64,000 bases of DNA, taken from assembly GCA_965228855.1 (NCBI GenBank), contig CBDDIJ010000002.1, forward strand, positions 1,856,001 to 1,920,000. The letters are read 5' to 3'. Origin of the DNA: Candidatus Obscuribacterales bacterium (GTDB taxonomy: Bacteria > Cyanobacteriota > Vampirovibrionia > Obscuribacterales > Obscuribacteraceae). The first letter of the stretch is position 1. Each line of letters starts with the position of its first letter. This document shows positions 19,490-28,398 of the stretch, in pieces. The notes under the pieces were generated by a model, which worked only from the letters and a program-made list of their open reading frames with translations, searched no databases and was not told the DNA's origin. The position numbers and the translations under genes are program-made.

Positions 19490-19523
19490 AAAAAGGAGCC
19501 GTGATGGAATCACAGCTCCTTTT
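19490..19523. terminator. Bidirectional intrinsic terminator
   Basis: AAAAGGAGC.GTGA / TCAC.GCTCCTTTT hairpin. Confidence 0.7.
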
Positions 19524-19559
19524 CGCGAAGCTATCGCTAGCTTCCCAAGCCTGAGGTAC

Positions 19560-19997
19560 TTAGAGCACTTTCAATTTTAAAGGCCAAACACCAACGTTGA
19601 TCAAGTGGTGCGAGTCCTTTTTGACCTTCACAGGCTTGTTTTCAATTACCACGGGAGTGGTCGTTGTTCTCTCTACTCTTAGCGGCGTAGACTGTTGAAG
19701 TAAAACCGGTTGCTGAATAGTTTTTTCAACGAAGACCGGCGCTACCGCAGTTGGTGTTTCAACCAAAACAGGATTTGCAATAACTCGGCGCACCGTGGTT
19801 GGTGCGGGTGTCTGGACATAAGTTCTGTAGGTTGTCGGTGACGATACCGTGTAAGTCCGAACGGTACGCGACATTGGCGTCCTGTATTGTGTAATGCTGT
19901 AATCACATGTTTGCGCCATTGCAGGTTCTGCAATGATGAACAGCGACGGTATATAAAGTATAAGACCGATAGCTGTAAGCTCGTTCTTGGGTTTCAT
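19560..19997 (-). CDS. Secreted Thr/Pro/Val-rich repeat protein
   Basis: GGAGG RBS before ATG 19997; signal peptide ending PAMA-Q; repeated PV(L/F/V)(V/I)E units. Confidence 0.65.
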   Translation of the reverse strand: MKPKNELTAIGLILYIPSLFIIAEPAMAQTCDYSITQYRTPMSRTVRTYTVSSPTTYRTYVQTPAPTTVRRVIANPVLVETPTAVAPVFVEKTIQQPVLLQQSTPLRVERTTTTPVVIENKPVKVKKDSHHLINVGVWPLKLKVL

Positions 19998-20439
19998 AAC
20001 TTTTGCCTCCAAACCAGACTTTTTATGGCTTTCACAGCTAGTGGTGTATATGGTGTCATACTGCTGTGGCTTGCTTAGTCGTGGATCTACCTTTAGATAT
20101 AGCGGGAAAAGTGGCTTGCAGTGCCCGTTGAGACGCAACCGAGGACGCCTGAGATGTCGATGATTGGAACTGAGAGGTGTTGCGGAGCTTGCAAGCTTAT
20201 GAAAAATGGCACTACAAGCGCTTCTGCGTGCTATGACTTCATAACCGCCGTTGGGGCTGCAATCAGTTGGATTGAGCTCTGCAACCTGAAGACTTAGTCC
20301 TAGAGCCAAGTTACTAACCCTGCTCCAAACATTAAATTGTTGGAACAAAAGGATAACTCCTGGTGTCAGGTGATTGTTATCTCAAGATTAAGATTCACAG
20401 CCATTCCACAACGATCGATTTTCGATCACAGGAACTAGA

Positions 20440-20958
20440 TTGAGGAACCCTATGCAAAAGAGAGACGAACTACTGGAAGTATTACTTGAGACATTTGGCG
20501 TACCCGTCAGATCTTCGAGTAAATGCCTGCCTATCGCGCTGTGCATCGCAAGTGACCCGGAAACTCCTACTGAGTTACTGGAACGCCTTGCGACAACTGA
20601 CAACGAACGCCTTCTCGAAAGAATTGCGGAGCACCCAAACCTCTCGCCGTTTCTTTTAGAAATACTCGCGTCCCATCCATCACCGGATGTACGCGCCGCA
20701 GTGGCGGAGAACCCAAATGTCACCGCGGAAATTCTGACGGCGCTGTGTAACGACAGTCACGATGACGTGCGTTACAGCATCGCCGAAAACCCAAGCATGA
20801 GTCCGCAGACCCTATCGATGTTAATCGAGGACTCAAATCCATTTGTGGCTCACAGAGCCAGACTCACACTGATGAAGATGGACGAGCCGCAAGGCCTTCT
20901 TCAGAACATCATTCACATGGTGGGTACACATTTCGTCCCGCACAAGGTAGCGAGATAG
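20440..20958 (+). CDS. Leucine-rich-variant (LRV/HEAT-like) repeat protein
   Basis: About 24-aa repeats IAEHPNLS..LLEILA, VRAAVAENPNVT and VRYSIAENPSMS. Confidence 0.8.
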   Translation: MRNPMQKRDELLEVLLETFGVPVRSSSKCLPIALCIASDPETPTELLERLATTDNERLLERIAEHPNLSPFLLEILASHPSPDVRAAVAENPNVTAEILTALCNDSHDDVRYSIAENPSMSPQTLSMLIEDSNPFVAHRARLTLMKMDEPQGLLQNIIHMVGTHFVPHKVAR

Positions 20959-20988
20959 ATTTTTCAACATAAGTTGAATGGGAAAGAG

Positions 20989-21023
20989 AAAACGATCCAG
21001 GGGCGACCCTGGATCGTTTTTTT
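20989..21023 (+). terminator. Intrinsic terminator
   Basis: AAAACGATCCAGGG-GCGA-CCCTGGATCGTTTT followed by more T. Confidence 0.85.
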
Positions 21024-21132
21024 AGTAAGCAAAAACTCTATCAGACCTTTATTAGAAAGCGTAGAACGTCTGTTTGTTTTGCGCGCTTTTAGTTAGGTCT
21101 GGACGACTTCCTGGATGTGTGATATGTTGTAG

Positions 21133-21153
21133 ATATCGTAAAAATTACGATTA
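21133..21153. promoter_or_regulatory. Candidate NrtR operator (21-bp palindrome, GT-N7-AC core)
   Basis: ATATCGTAAAAATTACGATTA, with inverted arms ATCGTAA/TTACGAT, upstream of an NrtX/NrtY-type gene pair. Confidence 0.6.
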
Positions 21154-21194
21154 ATGGGAGCGATGAAACTTGTAGATTGTCCCGGTTAAGCGAT

Positions 21195-21268
21195 CGCTAC
21201 CGGTGGGACCTACTTGCCTTCAGAAAGTTCATAACGTGTGCGCCACAGTGGTGGCGCAAACGGTAGCG
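21195..21268 (+). ncRNA. Candidate structured 5' leader RNA
   Basis: Outer stem CGCTACCG/CGGTAGCG enclosing hairpin TGCGCCAC-AGTG-GTGGCGCA; ends about 10 nt before the RBS. Confidence 0.35.
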
Positions 21269-21294
21269 CCCGCACAGAAAAGGAGTACGGTTAT

Positions 21295-22275
21295 ATGCTT
21301 ATCGGGTTTAAAAAAGTTCCGCCAACCACCTATGTAATGCATTATGAGAACGGCGTTTTGAAGCGGAGTGGCGCTGGTCTATCTTTCTTCTACTTTCCAG
21401 CGATCTCATCGATTGTAGAGCTTCCGCTGTCGAGTTCCGATGTTCCATTTGTATTTCAAGAATCTACTGTCGACTTCCAAGAAGTCACTCTGCAGGGTCA
21501 GTTGACTTATCGAGTTTCAGATCCGGAGCGTCTTTCGAGAATGTTGAACTATACTGTAAATTCGAACGGCGCATTCGTGAGTGAAGATCCAGATTTAGTT
21601 TCCGTTAGATTGATAAACGTGACGCAAACAGCTGCTCGCTCAGTTATTCGTGCGATGACACTACCTGAAGTGCTTATCGCAAACGAGCGAATAGTAGAAG
21701 AGGTTCTCGCGAGTGTTCAATCGGCCTCTCTAGTCACGATGCTTGGTTTAGAAGTGCTGGGATTGACGGTCGCTTACATCAGGCCAACTCCGGAAATGTC
21801 GCGCGCTCTCGAGGCCGACGCGCGTGAAGCGATTCAACGCAAATCGGACCAGGCAATTTACTTGCGCCGCAATGCGGCTGTCGAGGAAGAGCGCCGAATC
21901 ATGGAATCCGAGCTCAATACCGAGATCGCCGTTGAAACCAAAAAAAGGCAAATTGCGGAAACCAAAATAGCAGCTGAAATTGCGGTAGAAGAGCAGCGGA
22001 CGACCCTGATCGATAAACGCGTTGAAAACGATAAGAAAAACGCCGATAGCAGCGCCTATTCGATTGAGAAAAATCTAGCTCCTTTTCGAAACGCTGATTG
22101 GAAAACGCTTATGGCCATTGGCGCAGCACATGGGTCTGATCCCCGATTTGCCCTTTCTCTGGCATTCCAGGAGCTTGCTGAAAACGCCGGAAAAATTGGG
22201 ACTCTGTCGCTGACGCCAGACCTGTTAAGCGCGCTCATGGACAACGGTCACGGCGAACGAAATGGAAAGCGCTAA
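21295..22275 (+). CDS. SPFH/band 7 domain protein (NrtX-like)
   Basis: GAGLSFFY, DVPFVF.E.T.DFQEVTLQGQLTYRVSDP and a C-terminal coiled coil RRNAAVEEERRI..ELNTE; AAAGGAG RBS. Confidence 0.88.
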   Translation: MLIGFKKVPPTTYVMHYENGVLKRSGAGLSFFYFPAISSIVELPLSSSDVPFVFQESTVDFQEVTLQGQLTYRVSDPERLSRMLNYTVNSNGAFVSEDPDLVSVRLINVTQTAARSVIRAMTLPEVLIANERIVEEVLASVQSASLVTMLGLEVLGLTVAYIRPTPEMSRALEADAREAIQRKSDQAIYLRRNAAVEEERRIMESELNTEIAVETKKRQIAETKIAAEIAVEEQRTTLIDKRVENDKKNADSSAYSIEKNLAPFRNADWKTLMAIGAAHGSDPRFALSLAFQELAENAGKIGTLSLTPDLLSALMDNGHGERNGKR

Positions 22276-22296
22276 AGGAGCAAGGGATGTAGCGTC

Positions 22297-23307
22297 ATGT
22301 ATGAAAAATTAGTCGTCGTTACAAGGAAAACCAGACTGGAGGCGCTGATTGAAAAGTTCAACACTCGCATGCAAGCGAAATTTTTCATCGAGCATTCTGG
22401 CGGAAATTTTTCCGAATACGAAGAAGAGGACAGGAACTATCAGCGTGCGCTTGATGAAATCCGCAAGCAGACCAAAATTGGATTAAAGGTACAGCTGATA
22501 GAACGTTCGCTTCTTCCGACCTACACGTTTGTGCGCTCTGACCTGATTGTCGCTCTAGGTCAGGACGGACTGGTGGCAAATACTGCCAAGTACGTGGGTG
22601 CGCAGCCGATAATAGGCGTCAACCCTGATCCAATTCGATACGACGGATTGCTTGTTCCGATTCTTCCGAGTCAGGTTGGGCGGTACTTAGACGACGTTCT
22701 CGAATCCCGCGCGCTGAGTCAGACAGTCACGCTCGGGGAGGTGGAACTGCAGGACGGTCAAAGAATGCTCGCATTCAATGATTTTTTCATCGGTGCCAAA
22801 ACGCACGTTTCAGCTCGCTATAGACTGCAGTACCACGAAATTTCCGAGGGGCAGTCGTCGAGCGGCGTAATTGTTTCGACTGGTGCAGGCTCCACAGGCT
22901 GGATGTCGTCAGTATTTAATATGGCGGCCAGAGTGACGGAATTCGCCGGCGGAAAACAGTTCGGTCAAAGAAAAATGCAGTGGAACGAGTCAACGTTGAT
23001 GTTTGTCGTTCGTGAGCCGTTTGTCAGCAAACACTCAACAGCCGACCTTGTCGCCGGTTATATCGAGGACGGCGAGGAGCTGGTAATCGAATCTAACATG
23101 ACTGGAGAAGGCACCATATTCAGTGACGGTGTGGAATCGGATTTCATTGCGTTCAATGCTGGTGCAACTGCAAGAATTCGTAAAGCGAAACAGCAGGCGC
23201 GCCTGATCGTGCCTTTCCGAAACGCAGATCGGGAGAAACCCAATTGCGCCAATGAATCTCGAATCTTGTCAGGTTCATGTAGAAGTGTTTCAAAATCAAG
23301 CCCGTGA
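22297..23307 (+). CDS. NAD kinase-like (PpnK-type, NrtY-like) protein
   Basis: GQDGLVAN (GGDG-like), IGVNPDP, FNDFFIG, SSGVIVSTGAGSTGW, SDG. Confidence 0.85.
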   Translation: MYEKLVVVTRKTRLEALIEKFNTRMQAKFFIEHSGGNFSEYEEEDRNYQRALDEIRKQTKIGLKVQLIERSLLPTYTFVRSDLIVALGQDGLVANTAKYVGAQPIIGVNPDPIRYDGLLVPILPSQVGRYLDDVLESRALSQTVTLGEVELQDGQRMLAFNDFFIGAKTHVSARYRLQYHEISEGQSSSGVIVSTGAGSTGWMSSVFNMAARVTEFAGGKQFGQRKMQWNESTLMFVVREPFVSKHSTADLVAGYIEDGEELVIESNMTGEGTIFSDGVESDFIAFNAGATARIRKAKQQARLIVPFRNADREKPNCANESRILSGSCRSVSKSSP

Positions 23308-23396
23308 AATCGGATCTATAAAATTTCGGGGCGATTAATGCGCAAGCGCCTGCACAAAGTGGTAAAAATATCTGTGTCTTTGGCAGGAAGGTGATC

Positions 23397-24710
23397 ATGA
23401 GCGTAGCAGAAATTCTTGCAGTTGGTACCGAGCTCTTACTGGGTCAGGTGCTCGATACCAATTCTCAATTCCTGAGTGAAGAACTCGCTCGTCTAGGCAT
23501 CGATTGCTACTACCACACGACAGTCGGCGACAACAAAGCGAGAGTTCGAGATTGCCTGCGGACGGCGTTATCACGGTCCGAGATTGTCATTACATCCGGA
23601 GGTCTGGGACCAACGCCTGATGACCTGACGATGGAATGTATTGCTGAAGTCATGGGTGCGAAGCAGGAAATGGATGAAACCATTCTTGCCGGAATCAGGC
23701 TGTTTTTCACCGAACGCAATATCGTGATGCCGGAGAATAACGCAAAACAAGCATTGCGCCCGGTGGGGGCCGATTTGCTCCCAAATCCGACTGGTACCGC
23801 ACCCGGTATCATCTGGACAATCACGCCGGACCGATTGAGAGAAGCTGGAATTATTTCAGTCGATTTGCTGGCATCTAAAAATCGCTATATCTTCACTTTC
23901 CCGGGCGTGCCGAGCGAACTCAAAAATATGTGGATGACGACGGTTTCCGAGTTCCTTCAAGTACACGTCGTGGGGGCCACCATCTTCTCTGTCGAACTGC
24001 GACATTTTGGAATCGGTGAATCAGCTCTTGCCGAAAAGTTCTCCGACCTCCTGGAAGGCACTAATCCAACTGTCGCTCCATACGCTGGTCACGGCGAGTG
24101 TCGGCTCCGTGTGACTTCAAAATCTCATGACCTCGAGTCAGCGATGAAATTGGCACAACCGATTGTCGAAAACATCCAGGAGCGCAGCGGTTATTTTTGT
24201 TACGGCACAGACAGCGATACATTAGAATCGGTTGTCGGCGACTTGTTGAAAAACCACAAGCTGACTATATCGACGGCGGAGTCCTGCACGGGCGGGCTGG
24301 TGAGCAAAAGACTTACGGACATTCCCGGGAGCTCGGATTATGTCTCACTCAACCTGGTCACGTATGCCAATGAGGCGAAGCACAAAATGTTGGGCGTCGA
24401 TGATGAAATCCTCGCCACGCATGGCGCGGTCAGCCCAGAGTGTGCACGTGCTATGGCGGAAGGGGTTCGCCGACTGTCCGGCGCCGATATCGGAGTCGGT
24501 GTGACCGGAGTGGCTGGACCTGGCGGTGGAACCGTGGATAAGCCAGTTGGTCTGGTTTACCTGGGCTTGTCCGCCGGCGACTCCTATGTTGAAAGGAAAC
24601 TGACTATTCCCGCCAGGATCGGCAGGAAAGAGATTCGTCATCGAACTGCGAACGAGGCACTGAATATGGTGCGACTGTTTCTTTTGGAAAGAGCAAAAGT
24701 TCAGGTTTAG
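23397..24710 (+). CDS. cinA: Competence/damage-inducible protein A (MoCF-like domain + NMN deamidase PncC domain)
   Basis: VGTELLLGQVLDTN, GGLGPTPDDLT, PGVPSE, AESCTGG, HGAVS, TGVAGPGGG..KPVGLV. Confidence 0.96.
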   Translation: MSVAEILAVGTELLLGQVLDTNSQFLSEELARLGIDCYYHTTVGDNKARVRDCLRTALSRSEIVITSGGLGPTPDDLTMECIAEVMGAKQEMDETILAGIRLFFTERNIVMPENNAKQALRPVGADLLPNPTGTAPGIIWTITPDRLREAGIISVDLLASKNRYIFTFPGVPSELKNMWMTTVSEFLQVHVVGATIFSVELRHFGIGESALAEKFSDLLEGTNPTVAPYAGHGECRLRVTSKSHDLESAMKLAQPIVENIQERSGYFCYGTDSDTLESVVGDLLKNHKLTISTAESCTGGLVSKRLTDIPGSSDYVSLNLVTYANEAKHKMLGVDDEILATHGAVSPECARAMAEGVRRLSGADIGVGVTGVAGPGGGTVDKPVGLVYLGLSAGDSYVERKLTIPARIGRKEIRHRTANEALNMVRLFLLERAKVQV

Positions 24711-24784
24711 TTGTTTCTGCCCGAGCTCGCCTACGGTGTTAATGTTCCAGAGGGACCTGAACCGGGGGAGCAGTTCCACACCCG

Positions 24785-24811
24785 AACCCGGTGACCGGGT
24801 TTTAACTTTTT
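24785..24811 (+). terminator. Intrinsic terminator after cinA
   Basis: AACCCGG-TGA-CCGGGTT followed by a T-rich tail. Confidence 0.6.
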
Positions 24812-24892
24812 ATTTGCCGGACGACGAGAAAACAGCTCGCGCCTGGGTGCTATTAGCGGTTTCGCCTATTTAATAAGGTTAGAAAAGTAATT

Positions 24893-25627
24893 ATGAGGGA
24901 AATGAATAAATTGAGGGCAGGTAGGTCGTTTACTTATATGGCACAATACGAAGAAGCAGTAATCAAGGACAATTTATTTCACCGGCGCCTGAGCGACTTG
25001 CGAAATTCCGCTCTGACACCGGCTCACCTGGCGGCTATGGCGGAGTTGAATCGCCCGGCAGAGCGCACAATCTTTTCGGCTCCCGAGGAAGAAAAGACTC
25101 TTCTATCCCATGATGACGTCGAGCGCATCGCGTTTTTCGACGAAGTTGCACCCGTTTACAATTTTAAGTACTGGATGCGTAAGTTGGACCGGGAGATGCG
25201 CCGTAGCAAGCGCTACAACCGACCGCTGTCGGTTCTTTGTGTGGCTTTTTCAGGTTTGATGAACATCGGACAAAAGTACAGTTCGATTGCGCTGGATGAT
25301 GCGCTGATCTGGACGGGCGAACATTTGTTGCAGTCGACACGTATGGACGTCGACATGGTCTGTCGCTACGGCGACGAGCGCTTCCTGATTGCTCTGCCGG
25401 AGACGCCTGGTAGCGGTGCCGCCATCGTGGCTGAGCGGGTACGCAAGTCATTCGAAGATAACCACATTCAGTACCAGTGGCATAAGATTTATATTCAGGC
25501 GAGCGTCGGAATTGCCTATTTCCCGGGTCATGGAACCCAGGTGCAGGAGCTTGTTGCTAAATCCGACCTGGCGGCAGAGCTTGTGCAAACGCGCGGCGGC
25601 AACGGAACGGCGTTTTGCCCGGAATAG
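24893..25627 (+). CDS. Degenerate GGDEF domain protein (start may be 24938)
   Basis: EMRRSKRYNRPLS, CRY-GDERF-LIALPET, ASVGIA. The metal-binding D and GG(D/E)EF are lost. Confidence 0.8.
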   Translation: MREMNKLRAGRSFTYMAQYEEAVIKDNLFHRRLSDLRNSALTPAHLAAMAELNRPAERTIFSAPEEEKTLLSHDDVERIAFFDEVAPVYNFKYWMRKLDREMRRSKRYNRPLSVLCVAFSGLMNIGQKYSSIALDDALIWTGEHLLQSTRMDVDMVCRYGDERFLIALPETPGSGAAIVAERVRKSFEDNHIQYQWHKIYIQASVGIAYFPGHGTQVQELVAKSDLAAELVQTRGGNGTAFCPE

Positions 25628-25704
25628 CATCCACGCCGTCCTGAGGCGATTGAGTCATATGTTTGAAGGCATCACGATGTGGTGCCTTTTCGTTTTCGAA
25701 ACTA

Positions 25705-26829
25705 TCAGGCGATAAACATTGCGTCGCCATAGCTGAAGAAGCGGTAGCGCTCTTTGACTGCTTCTTTGTATGCGTTCAAGATATTGTCTTTACCGGCTAA
25801 CGTGGCGACCAAAACCAATAGGCTCGATTTGCTCAGATGGAAGTTGGTAACCATGGCGTCGACCATTTTGAACTCGAAGCCAGGCTTCACGTAGAGAGTG
25901 GTTGAACCCTGATCCGTAGGTTCCAACAGACCAGACCGTCCTGCGGTTTCAAGCGCGCGCAGGCTGGTTGTGCCTACGGCGATTACCCGGCGTCCTTCCG
26001 ATTTCGCCGCGTTGACTGCATCGGCGGTATCTTTCGAGATGCTAAACAGCTCCGCCTCGATACTATGATTGTCGAGGTCGGTCGTTATCGGCTTGAACGT
26101 CCCCGGTCCGACGTGAAGGGTAATATATTTGATAATCACGCCGCGCTCAGCGAGTTCCTCTAGAAGTTCAGTGGAGAAGTGTAAACCGGCTGTCGGTGCT
26201 GCAACTGCGCCAGGTGTTTTGGCAAAAACCGTTTGATACCTGTCGAGATCGTGCAGGCGATTTTCATCCTCGCCTTCCGGTTTCTCTCGCACTATATATG
26301 GTGGCAACGGTGCAAAACCGACCTCGCCGAGAATGCTGTAAACATCCTCTTTCCGTCCTAAATCTACAACTAAGCGTTTGAACCCATCCTGATCGATAAT
26401 TATGTCGGCAATGGAGATGCGGTGCTTGGGGGCGGTTTCGGAAACCAGTGTTAGCTGCTCACCGACTTTGAGCCGCTTAATTGGCGTCACCATTGCTTCC
26501 CACAGGTTGATCTTTTCTGCCAGCGGGCGGATGAGAAGTAAACGGATGATGCCACCACTCTCGCGCTGCGCGTACAACCGAGAGGGGACCACTCTTGTAT
26601 CGTTGACGATTAGCACGTCTCCGGCCTTCAAGAAGCTTTTGATATCGGAAAATTGATGATGGGAAACGCCACCGGTTTCTCGCTCGAGTTTGAGCAGGCG
26701 TGACTCGTGGCGCACAGCCGATGGTTTTTGCGCAATCAGTTCTTCAGGCAAATCGTAGGACAAATCGTCAAGCCCGAAGCTTTCTGTTTGCGGTTGCTGG
26801 TTGAATGTTGACCGAGTCATAGATATCAT
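25705..26829 (-). CDS. queA: S-adenosylmethionine:tRNA ribosyltransferase-isomerase
   Basis: YDLPEELIAQ, PLPPYI, RYQTVFA, AAPTAGLHF, LHVGPGTF, TNFH, YRFFSYGDAM. Confidence 0.98.
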   Translation of the reverse strand: MISMTRSTFNQQPQTESFGLDDLSYDLPEELIAQKPSAVRHESRLLKLERETGGVSHHQFSDIKSFLKAGDVLIVNDTRVVPSRLYAQRESGGIIRLLLIRPLAEKINLWEAMVTPIKRLKVGEQLTLVSETAPKHRISIADIIIDQDGFKRLVVDLGRKEDVYSILGEVGFAPLPPYIVREKPEGEDENRLHDLDRYQTVFAKTPGAVAAPTAGLHFSTELLEELAERGVIIKYITLHVGPGTFKPITTDLDNHSIEAELFSISKDTADAVNAAKSEGRRVIAVGTTSLRALETAGRSGLLEPTDQGSTTLYVKPGFEFKMVDAMVTNFHLSKSSLLVLVATLAGKDNILNAYKEAVKERYRFFSYGDAMFIA

Positions 26830-26878
26830 GCTGAGAGTCTTTCGGACTCAATATTGTAGTTGAAACCGCCCAGGTGCC

Positions 26879-27967
26879 ATGGTCACTTCCTCCAGTTTGA
26901 AACAATCCGTAGTGGAACTTGCTGCGTCCAAGGGTTTCAGCAACACCGTTATCGGTGCGCTCGAGCCCATGACCGACGAGTTGCAGCATTACAGAGAGTG
27001 GCTGGAAAGAGGCTACTCGGCTGGCATGGAGTACATGAAACGCAGTCCCGAGTTTCGTAACTCGCCGCAGTTGCTGTACCCTGGCAGTCGTTCTGCCATC
27101 ATCGTCTCTGTCAGCTACTACACGGAAAAGCCTGAGTCGCCTGGTCCCTTCTACGGGAGCGTCGCTCGCTATGCAGTCGGACTTGACTATCATGCCGTGA
27201 TTCGCCGAAAGCTGCGCGAATTGCGCGACTTATTGGCTGAACGACTTGGATTGACTGTGGTTGGGAAACCGTTTGTAGACTCCGTCGCGCTTTATGAACA
27301 GGGATTTAGCGCTCGGCACGGCTTGGGCTTCGCGGGTAAGAACACCCTGATAATTGGTCCAAAGCTATCTGGAAGCTATCATTTCGTCGCGGAGCTCTTC
27401 GTCGATGTTGAAATCGATGCTGATGAAAAGTACCGAGGAACCTGTGGAAGTTGCTTCCGCTGCGGTTCCGGATGCCCTACGGACGCGATTGTCGAACCGG
27501 GTTTCGTCGACGCGAATTTATGCATCTCCTATTTGACCATCGAGAACAAAGACGGCATCCCGCTCGAGCTGCGCCGGAAGCTCGGCAAGTGGGTTTTCGG
27601 ATGTGATGTCTGCCAGGAGGTCTGCCCGTACAATCAGCGCCCGCCGGAAACTCCCTGGGAGGAGTTTAGACCTGAGGCCGGTGCTGGACACTATCTGTAT
27701 TTGCCGGACCTTTTGCTGATTAAGACGGAAGAGGAATTCCATCGTCGCTTCGAACACACGCCGCTGCGCCGCCCTAAGCGCAAGGGATTGATTCGAAACG
27801 CGCTTGTGGTGCTCGGCAACGAGTTGCGGAGCGCACGCGTCGAACGGTCTATGGATGAAAAGTTGATACTACCGGTAGTGCAGCGACTGGAATGGTTTCG
27901 CGCAGCTGAAGAAGATCCGATGCTTCGCGAACATGCTGAATGGGCTCTGCTCCAGGCAAAGGTTTAA
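26879..27967 (+). CDS. queG: tRNA epoxyqueuosine(34) reductase
   Basis: VARYAVGLDYH, GKN, CGSCFRCGSGCPT, CISYLTIE, FGCDVCQEVCPYN. Confidence 0.96.
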   Translation: MVTSSSLKQSVVELAASKGFSNTVIGALEPMTDELQHYREWLERGYSAGMEYMKRSPEFRNSPQLLYPGSRSAIIVSVSYYTEKPESPGPFYGSVARYAVGLDYHAVIRRKLRELRDLLAERLGLTVVGKPFVDSVALYEQGFSARHGLGFAGKNTLIIGPKLSGSYHFVAELFVDVEIDADEKYRGTCGSCFRCGSGCPTDAIVEPGFVDANLCISYLTIENKDGIPLELRRKLGKWVFGCDVCQEVCPYNQRPPETPWEEFRPEAGAGHYLYLPDLLLIKTEEEFHRRFEHTPLRRPKRKGLIRNALVVLGNELRSARVERSMDEKLILPVVQRLEWFRAAEEDPMLREHAEWALLQAKV

Positions 27968-28287
27968 ACGGTAAACATCTGGCGGGTGATTGTGAAACTG
28001 TCACCCCAGAAGCGCGAGTTGTCCATAATCATGATCAGGTGCTTCTTCTCATTGGTTTTCTGCGAGACAACGAGCTTCATGTCGCAGGCGGGGTTTTTCT
28101 CAAGGAGTGCTTTGTTGACCTGATCTGCAAGAGTAACAGCGCCTTCTTCCTGAATTTCGCGAGCATTCGCCTTGAAAAGCTTCATGAAGTCTTCGAACAG
28201 ACCAGTTTGAAGCAAATGCGTCAGCTCATCGATTTTGGCTGCCGAAAGCGTGCCCTCGTTTGGCATTTTTGTGCGACCTCGTACCAT
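27964..28287 (-). CDS. Small hypothetical protein
   Basis: 107-aa ORF with protein-like composition; its stop overlaps the queG stop region. Confidence 0.55.
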   Translation of the reverse strand: MVRGRTKMPNEGTLSAAKIDELTHLLQTGLFEDFMKLFKANAREIQEEGAVTLADQVNKALLEKNPACDMKLVVSQKTNEKKHLIMIMDNSRFWGDSFTITRQMFTV

Positions 28288-28398
28288 TACTCGAATTCAC
28301 TATTCCCATTTTGCCTCGGTCCTAACCTCCGGCGTGCGCACATCCGCGGACGGGTGGTCATTCTCAGAAAAATTCAGGTGACAAATGTCCTGCAACTT

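Noticed and set aside
19998..20348. N-terminal extension of the 19560 ORF
   Set aside because: The sequence is not protein-like, and a GGAGG RBS plus signal peptide point to ATG 19997.
24715..24810. SRP or 6S RNA after cinA
   Set aside because: It lacks the SRP GGAA tetraloop/AGCAG motif and is too short for the 6S rod; a terminator plus inverted repeat explains it.
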